From Nitrososphaerota archaeon (GTDB taxonomy: Archaea > Thermoproteota > EX4484-205 > JAAOZP01): a DNA stretch of 64,000 nucleotides. How positions within the stretch are numbered: position 1 is the stretch's first letter; each line of letters opens with the position of its first letter. Of the stretch, positions 19,405-27,400 are shown in pieces. The notes under the pieces were generated by a model. The model worked only from the letters and a program-made list of their open reading frames with translations. It ran no database searches and had not been told where the DNA came from. A program made the position numbers and the translations under genes. Location of the stretch: positions 288,001 through 352,000 of the forward strand of contig JAAOZP010000017.1 in assembly GCA_011605725.1 (NCBI GenBank). The letters are read 5' to 3'.

Positions 19405-20268
19405 ATGAGGAAGCTGAGCACCGGTATTAAGCCGCTGGACGAGCTGACCGGAGGCCTTCCAACAGGTGTTTCAAACCTGGTTTACGGAAGCCCTGGAACA
19501 GGAAAGACCACGATTTCCCTGACCCTGGTGGCTGAGGCTTTAAAGACCTGTAGGGAGAAGGATGTGGTGATAGTTGTAAAAACAGAGGAGTGGGACCCCG
19601 ACCGGCTGAAAACAATATGCGTCGAGAGGGGTATTAGGGAGGAAACCTTGTCAAGGATTAAGATGTATCAGGCCAGCGGCCTCTTCGAGCAGCATAAGGC
19701 GATAGTTGAGACAATACCTAGAGAAGTTGATAAGAACGACTGGGTTCCAGTGCTTATGATCGTCGACTCACTGGTTCCCCATTATCATGCGCAACTATTG
19801 AACACGCCGACTCAACACTTAGCATCCACAGCGAGGATTCTTCAAGGCAAGCTTTCGCTTGAAGTCAACACGCTCGTCGGAATGGCGACGGGCTACGAGT
19901 CGCTTCTCTTAATAACGAGTTGGCGGAGGAGTGAAGCCGCTAGGAGTTTTCAAGAGAAGTCTAGGAGGGAGATGGCGGAAAGCATAGATAAGAAGAGTTT
20001 CTCGATAGACCCTGAAGCCGGGTTCGGTGCCAGGGAGTTCGACGTGATTGGGGGGCAGCATCTCGTTTACATGAGCAAGACCATTCTTAGGATGGTGTCG
20101 ACAAGCCTGGGCGAGGACGTTAAGGCGGTGATCTTGGAGAAATCGCTTTCAAGACCGTCAATGACCTGCTGCTTAGTCAGGATCACTGAGGCAGGCATAG
20201 CACCATATAAGGATATTAATCCGGCACCCGTCGCAGAGATGATTAAGAAGAAAATCCTGAAGGAATAG
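19405..20268 (+). CDS. RecA-superfamily RadA paralogue (RadB-like)
   Basis: LSTGIKPLDELTGGLP, YGSPGTGKTT, LMIVDSL, IGGQHLVYMSKTILRM, ILEKS. Confidence 0.8.
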   Translation: MRKLSTGIKPLDELTGGLPTGVSNLVYGSPGTGKTTISLTLVAEALKTCREKDVVIVVKTEEWDPDRLKTICVERGIREETLSRIKMYQASGLFEQHKAIVETIPREVDKNDWVPVLMIVDSLVPHYHAQLLNTPTQHLASTARILQGKLSLEVNTLVGMATGYESLLLITSWRRSEAARSFQEKSRREMAESIDKKSFSIDPEAGFGAREFDVIGGQHLVYMSKTILRMVSTSLGEDVKAVILEKSLSRPSMTCCLVRITEAGIAPYKDINPAPVAEMIKKKILKE

Positions 20269-20282
20269 GGAGGAATGGCAGC

Positions 20283-20453
20283 GTGAACAGGCTTCTTCCC
20301 CTCCTCTGCTTCTTCAAGGGTATTGTCCTAATCCTCATCTTAACCCCTCCATTAGTTAGCGTGTCTGCAATGATCATCGAGCTGGCTTATGACGATGGTG
20401 GAGCAGAACTCTTCGCGCGCGCTCATCCCCTTTCTCCCTATTCCACTCGCTGA
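20283..20453 (+). pseudogene. Truncated N-terminus of a secreted protein
   Basis: Signal-peptide-like MNRLLPLLCFFKGIVLILIL... then IELAYDDG; the protein-like sequence appears to break at the CG run 20414-20422. Confidence 0.55.
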
Positions 20454-21188
20454 ACTCCTCCCTTATATCGGTTGGGTTAAAAACGCCCCTGGAAATCCTA
20501 ACCAGCTTTTTAAACAAGCCAACGCCGATGCCCTCGTCCGGCACAATCCTCCAGTCCTGAACGATGAACCTTTTATTATCGAAGAGCACCAAATCATAAT
20601 CTACCTCGGCAATTTTCTTCTTTAGAAATTCTCTTCATGTTTCTCTAAGGCTTTCTTTAAAAAGGCGCTCTTTGATTCATCCCACAGCCTGTCCTCCCGG
20701 TTTATCGCATAGTCTATCTCCCCGCTGAAAATCTTCTCAAGTATCTCCCCTGAAGAGAGGTTGGAATAATCCTCGAAGAAGCCCATTTTTCGGAGGAATC
20801 TCATTGAGTTTATCAACCTCCTCCTGATCTTTGGGTTTAGCTGGAGGCGAATATGAAAGAGTCTCCATCCCCCTTCTCTTTCTAACCTTTTAGCCTCATT
20901 CTTCGAGAGAATGACGTATGCCTTTCCCTCAGGTCGTCCAATACTGTAGTATTGACACCCGGTATCCTTAATCCAAATGTTAATTCTGGCGATAACTTCA
21001 GAAATCTTCTTCGGATCTGGTACGCAGTTTCCATCCGCGTTTCTACATTCTAACTTGACCCCCCATATGCTTTCCCCTCACGTCCAAGTGGAGACCGAGC
21101 GAAAAGGACTGTCTTTCCCCTCCATGATCCGCGGCTGGAAAGCTCCCCTGGATATACCCACGAGCCTGCTGAACAGGAATTCCAGTTA
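20423..21188 (-). pseudogene. Internal fragment of a repeat-containing hypothetical protein (frameshifts/stops)
   Basis: Two related motifs LFSRLVGISRGAFQP and LFKKLVRISRGVFNP; long start-less frame; frameshift near 20630. Confidence 0.6.
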
Positions 21189-21387
21189 GCGCGCGATACC
21201 TACTTGGCGTCAAGGTTTAACGGGAGCAGTAAAAGTGAAGAGAGAATTCGAGGAAATAAAGAAAAGAGTTGAAGCAATTATAGCTGCATATAAGCTTGCG
21301 AGGGGCGCTTATAAAAAGAGATTTCCCTCAGAACTCGAGAAGGAAAATTACAAAAAATATCAAGAGTTCCGTAAATCCATCTTGTAA
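21189..21387 (+). pseudogene. C-terminal gene fragment (family X)
   Basis: RDTYLASRF...FEEIKKRVEAIIAAYKLAR...; no start; paralogous to 52267-52450. Confidence 0.6.
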
Positions 21388-21419
21388 AAATACGGGCTTA
21401 AGAAGAGAAAGTTAAAGAT

Positions 21420-24400
21420 TTAAGCATCACTAGCTATCGAAACACTCAGCTTCCTGACAAGCGCCTTGTCGAAGACCTTCCTCTGCTTAAACTCCTCCTG
21501 CTTCCCCTGGTTCCACTGCTCTACGGGTCTCAGATAACCGACGACCCTCGAGTACACTTCTGTTGTTCTTCCACACTTTGGACACGTGTGCTGCTCTCCC
21601 GAGAGATACCCGTCCTCCGGGCAAATGCTGAAGGTTGGTGTAAGCGTGAAGTAGGGCAGCTTAAAGTTTTCACAAATCTTCCTCACCAGTGACGCGACGG
21701 ATTCAACTGGAGGGTTGCTTTCGCCTAACCACACGTGAGCCACAGTCCCCCCGGTGTATTTTGTTTGAAGAGGATCCTGGAGTCTAAGGTACTCCCAGAG
21801 GTCGTCAGTATAGTAGACGGGCAGGTGGGTTGAGTTCGTGTAGTATGGTGCAGCACCCTTCTTAACCTCCTCCTCGTTCGCAACAATTATGCTCGGGTAG
21901 GTTTTCTTATCTATCCTCGCGAGCCTGTGTGAAGTCCCCTCTGCCGGGGTGGCCTCAAGATTGTATATACTCCCGGTTTCCTCCTGGAAGTCTTGGAGTC
22001 TCTTCCTCATGTAGTCTAGGACTTTGATTGTGAAGCTGAGGCCTTCTGGGTCGCCGATGCTGCATCCTAGGAAGTTTAGGCAGGCTTCGTTCATGCCGAT
22101 TAAGCCTATTGTGCTGAAATGGTTTTTCCAGTATTGGCCGAAAGCCTCCTTGATGTGTCTCAGGTAGAACCTGGAGTATGGGTATAGGCCTGCCTCCGTG
22201 AATTTTTCAAGCCATTTCCTCTTGATTTCTAGGACGTCTTTCGCGAGGACCATCATCCTGTCGAGCCTGGCGAAGAACTCGCCCTCGCTCTTCGACAGGA
22301 AGCCTATCCTAGGCATGTTTATCGTGACGACGCCTATGCTATTGCCACACCAACAAGATTTGCCGTTTCTTCTAACCATTATCACGTGGTTAGGAACTTC
22401 TACGCAATACACCTTCCCCTTGTAATATACCTTGCTGATGTTTCTTTTCCTTAGCCTGTAATATTTAGATTTTTGTACTCCTATTGTCCAGCATTTTTCA
22501 GTATTTATAATTCTTCCTTTTATTTTCGCTCTCTTTTTGCTCTTTCTTATAGATGAAATCATCCCTATCTTTAAAATTATTTCTTGCATGTCTGCAGCCA
22601 ATCTGTCTGAGGAAGTCCAGTAAGTAGTTTGACCAGTAGTTTTCCTTATATGACCATTTCCCTTCACCATCCAATCGAATAAAATTTTCAGCTGTCTTGC
22701 ACTTAAATTCTTTATTTCTTGAGGTATGTACTTTTCATATTTATTTCCAAATTGTCTAAGGTAATTCCAAAGCTGTTTATTGCAAATAACAAAGCTGCGA
22801 GCTTCTTCGCGATAGTTGAAAGGCAACCTATCTAGCAGCTCTTTTATTTCTTTCCTCTTCTTTCTATTAACTTGAGTAATAAAGATTCTGTAGCCATGCT
22901 CTGCAGCAATATTTTCATTATCAACGCTGCCTTCAGTAAGCCAGATACCGAAAAACTTTAACCAGTCATCCATTTTTATTTTTAAGGGCTGAGTTTCATA
23001 TCTTACCCTCGTCCTTTCTTCATTTCCGTATTTTTCTTTAGTACAAATATTGTAGACAGTTACAGGATCACAGTCAAAGTTCTCAGCTATCTGATAAATG
23101 CTCACTCCCTCGGTTTTTAACTTTCTAATTGCTTCCAATTCCTCTTTCGAGAATCTAGAAACAGGTCCTGTGCCACTGAGAATCTCTACTGAAGGCAAGA
23201 CAAAATATTCTTCCTCGTTCCCATTCCAAACACCTTGCTTAGGAATTCTATGCGAGTTTGGATTAAAATCTTTTGCTTCTACAAACTTGTTCCTCCATAC
23301 TTTTCCATCCCGATATTCAACAAACATTCTATGGTTTGGTGTTACTAAAAGGTCTAAGGATTTATGCTTAAAACGAATCATTTCTCCATCCCAATCATAT
23401 TCAAAAATTCTAATCGGCTTATGAATCTCTATTGTTCCATCTTGTTTCCTTGTGAAAATTTCGTCTTCAAGAGTGAGATCTTTAAATTTCTTCCAACCTT
23501 TTGTCGTAAGAATTTCTGTTTCCTCATCATAACACCCGGTTAGGGGGTTGGCGCCGAATAGGCCTCCGCCCCTCTTCTTCAATTCTCTTTTGTCGAGCCT
23601 CAAATGGCAGCAGTTATGCGTAATGTTTCCGAGAGAATGAATAAACAAGTGGTTCCTTTCAAGCTCTACGTCAAAAAACTCCTGTTCTTTTTCAAGCTCT
23701 ATTAACTCACATTTTTTCACTCTTACGAACATTATGTCCCCGTTAATGAATTTCTTGCTCTCCTTAGTATGCGCATCATATCTGGATAGAGTTTCCACTC
23801 CAACCATCCTACTCTTGTTTAAGCCAGGCACCGCATAAGTCGATTTCGCCATCCGCCCAGGAACTCTTTCAAATAGAGTTGGAGTAGCTTGATTACCAAT
23901 CGAGTTTATTTTCGATTTTTTATGCTGGATGTAGATTCTTTGGCTTTTCCTCTTCTCCTTATAGCAAACGGGTATCCCTAATATGGTGAACAGGATTGCC
24001 AAATCCCGCGCCAATTCCCTATCATTAAGATGTATCTCTTTATTTCTCTCGTAACCATCACCTAGGAAGAAGTATTTTAGAAACGCTTTTATAACTGTTG
24101 GCGGAGAATTAAAAATCACTTGTGGCAACCTCCCGTATTTTTTGAATCCAGCATTATAGAAAGCTCTTGCAATGTCTGTAGAATAAACATAGAAGTAACG
24201 AGTATCATATCGCGTATCCTCTTTCTCTCTAACCGAACACTTTAATACGTCTTTTATAAGTTTTTTAACCTTTTTTCTCAACAATGGATTATTATTCCCG
24301 AAAGTGAATTGTAATCCTTTTGGCAACCTATAGGTCTTCAAGTTCTTTCTATTTTCAAAAAGATAGTTTCCATCAGCCGTGAAGAAACCTAATAACTCCG

Positions 24401-27400
24401 CAAGCTTCTCATCGAGAACAAAGCTTCCGATCTTCTCATAGTTGGTAGCGAGAGCGTGACACGAAGATTTTAAAGTTAAAACTATGTCGCCAGGTTTTAC
24501 GTCCTTCGCTAATTTATTGACTATTCCATTTATTGTAACAACGGGAATTAAATGATTTCTTGAGACTCTGATTGTTTTACCGTCTTCTGTAACTATTTTT
24601 ATCATCTTATTATCAGTGACCTTCAGAAAGCGTTTGACCTTCACCCATTCTGTTTTCCAAGTTTCTGGATTAAGAGATAGAACCTCGACTTCTTTAACAG
24701 GATCAGCCCACCCATCGTTTTTAAATTCTCCAGCATATTTTTCAACTACTTGACCTATAGTTTCTCTTCTCACACTTCCACTATTTCTAATCAAAAGTTC
24801 TTCATCAGGGTGCAAACACATTGAGCGAACGTCTTCAGGATTCATGTCGGAGTTGATGAAGTTTGCGAAGTATGGTATTCCGTATTTCGCGGAGGTTTCT
24901 AATACTGTTCTAGTGGTTTCATCGTTCCATTCGAAATCCCTGGTTATGTTTATGGTTGGGATGGGGAAGGTATTGTGGACTAGCAATTGATCGGCAACGA
25001 AGTTTTCGCTTTCTGTAGAGAAATCATAAACCATGCCATTAGAAGGAGTTGCCTTTTCGATTTTTTTGATCTTCAAAAATAGAATATTATTCTTCTCCAC
25101 TTCCTTTAAAGCTGGAGGAATTTCGATTTTTAACCTTTTCGCATATTCAATCACGTTTTTAACCTTTTGTAGAGAAGTAGAATTGGAATGCGAGATTCCA
25201 AATTTCTTAGAGATTCTGATTTTCGTATTTCGATATTTCCTGCCTAAAGAATCGAAATAATACGGTTCTTTTTCTAATATTTTCTCAAAAACCATTTCTA
25301 GGCCGCTTTCCTTTATCGGAATTTTGGAAATGCTGTATGAATCCTTGGGATGCAGTTTTCTATCTCGCCAGACAGTTATTCTCCATGTTGGTTTTCCATC
25401 TCGATAATACTCGGTTAAAGTATGGAAAACTCCTAATTGCTTTAAAAGAACAGAGATACCATATATTAGCTCTCGCGAAACAGAGTTGACAACAATGTTT
25501 TCAGTTAACCAAGCATCACCCTCAAAATAGGCGAGGAGGAAACTTTTTTTAATTTCTTGCGGAGCTTCGAAAATTATCTGAGGAACCCTCCTTCCAGTAC
25601 CGGTCCCAACCTTAAATATTTCAGTTATTACCATTCTCAAGAGTTTTGAATGCACTCTTACCTCTATCAGGTTCCTATCCTTAACTTCGCGTAGGCAGAC
25701 GGGAACCCCACGGAAGATTCTCCTTACTAATTGGGCTACGCGGATAGCCTTTTCTCTCTCTTCTTTCAGGTTGAACCCCAAGCTTATCCCACCTTTTTCA
25801 GCTGAACCCTCAGCGCAATAATACCCTAAGAACTCTGCTAATTCTTTTGTCAGTGGAAGAAGGTTCCTCAACTTTATTGAAGACCCTCTAAGACTTAACT
25901 TCGCCTTTGACAAGTCGAACTCGCTTAAGTAAGCTATATTTTCCAGCGGAAAAACCGGGACATCGTAGGAGTATTCATAGATCCGCTTACCGTATTTCCG
26001 CCTTTGTACAGCTTTTCTAGTTTCCCTGTAGAGTTTTCCCCCTTTGTAAACATCCCTTATGTAAACTCCTCTTACCCCATTCTTAGCAAATTCATTGGCC
26101 AGAGAAATCACCTGGGGCTTTCTTTCTTCTAAGGGCATGAATTTCGGCATGATTAGATAATCACCCTTTTGCAACATTGACGCTTTGAAGCTTTGAAGCT
26201 TTCCCTCTTTCAACACCATAACTGAATGGGAAGGGGTAACCTTAATGTTAAAGCCGCCGCCCGTAAATATTTTTAGAAGACTTTCTGTTGGATGACGAAC
26301 CAGAAAGTTTACTTTGCACCAGTCTATCTTGCCGTCTTTTAATCCTAAGGCCTTTATATCCTGAGCCCTTACGTCTAAAACTTCACAATTGTTTTCCTTG
26401 ATGTAAAGCGGTTTTCCTTTTTCCATCCATTCATCGATATACTCTCCAATTTTTACTAATTTCATCCGTCCAGAATTCTTTATTGGACACAGGCATTCCC
26501 CATCAACACTAAAGACTCTTCCGACAGCGTCTCCCTCAAGCATTACCTCGGCGAGAGCCCTGTTGAAAATATTCATTTCCTCCTGGAATTCCCCGTAGGT
26601 GGCGTCTAGAACCTCCCCGCCTATTATGACGGGTTCGTCACGCATGAAGCCCGGAACCTTGAGGTCGAGTGTCACATTTGAGAAGGGCGTGTTATGGAAA
26701 ACCAGGAGTCCAGCTCCTCCAATAAAGTTCTCTTGAGGCAAATCAACCGAGATATCGTATTCATATTCTTTATCATAGTTGAACTTTTCAACGCCTAGGC
26801 AAATCCTTGCTTCGAAGTCATTAACAAAGTATGTTTTCTTCGGTTTTGAATTTTCTTTGAAAATTCGAATTACGAACCTGTCTCGCCAATTTTTATTATT
26901 CCTATTGAGTTTTTCAGTGTAAACGGCGAATCTAAAATTGTTTTGGCTTAGAAGCAGACTTAGACTTGTGCTCAGTTTTCTCGATGTAGTTAAATAATCC
27001 CAATATTTCGAATATTCTGAACCATCGCCTTTCAGAAGGGTTTTAATAAAGATCTTCTGATATTTGGGAGAAAGGTTGAAGATAAACCAAGGAACAACTT
27101 TATTAAATGATAGGTAGCCGCAGGTTCTGCTAACGACTTCCGCTAAGAGTCCTCTTCCAGTTATTTCAAGAACTGTTTTAGTTTTTCTTCCATTTCTAGA
27201 ATATCCTTTGCCGCGAGCCACTTGACCTAAGGCATTTAAAGCCCTCAAAAGCTTGATGATGTCTCTTGCGTTTTTAGAAGGCGGTTGAGAAACATAGAGG
27301 GGAGTCGAAATAGCTGTATGACCTTCAGAAATATACCAAGCACAAAGTTTTACGAAGTTTTCAAGTAGCTTCCCATTTAAAAACCTCGGATACCATACAT

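Noticed and set aside
20414-21195. Phase-variable inversion restoring one gene
   Set aside because: Flipping the segment gives an in-frame join on the right, but the left join hits a stop, the pieces look like different families, and no recombinase is nearby. Kept only as the junction observation
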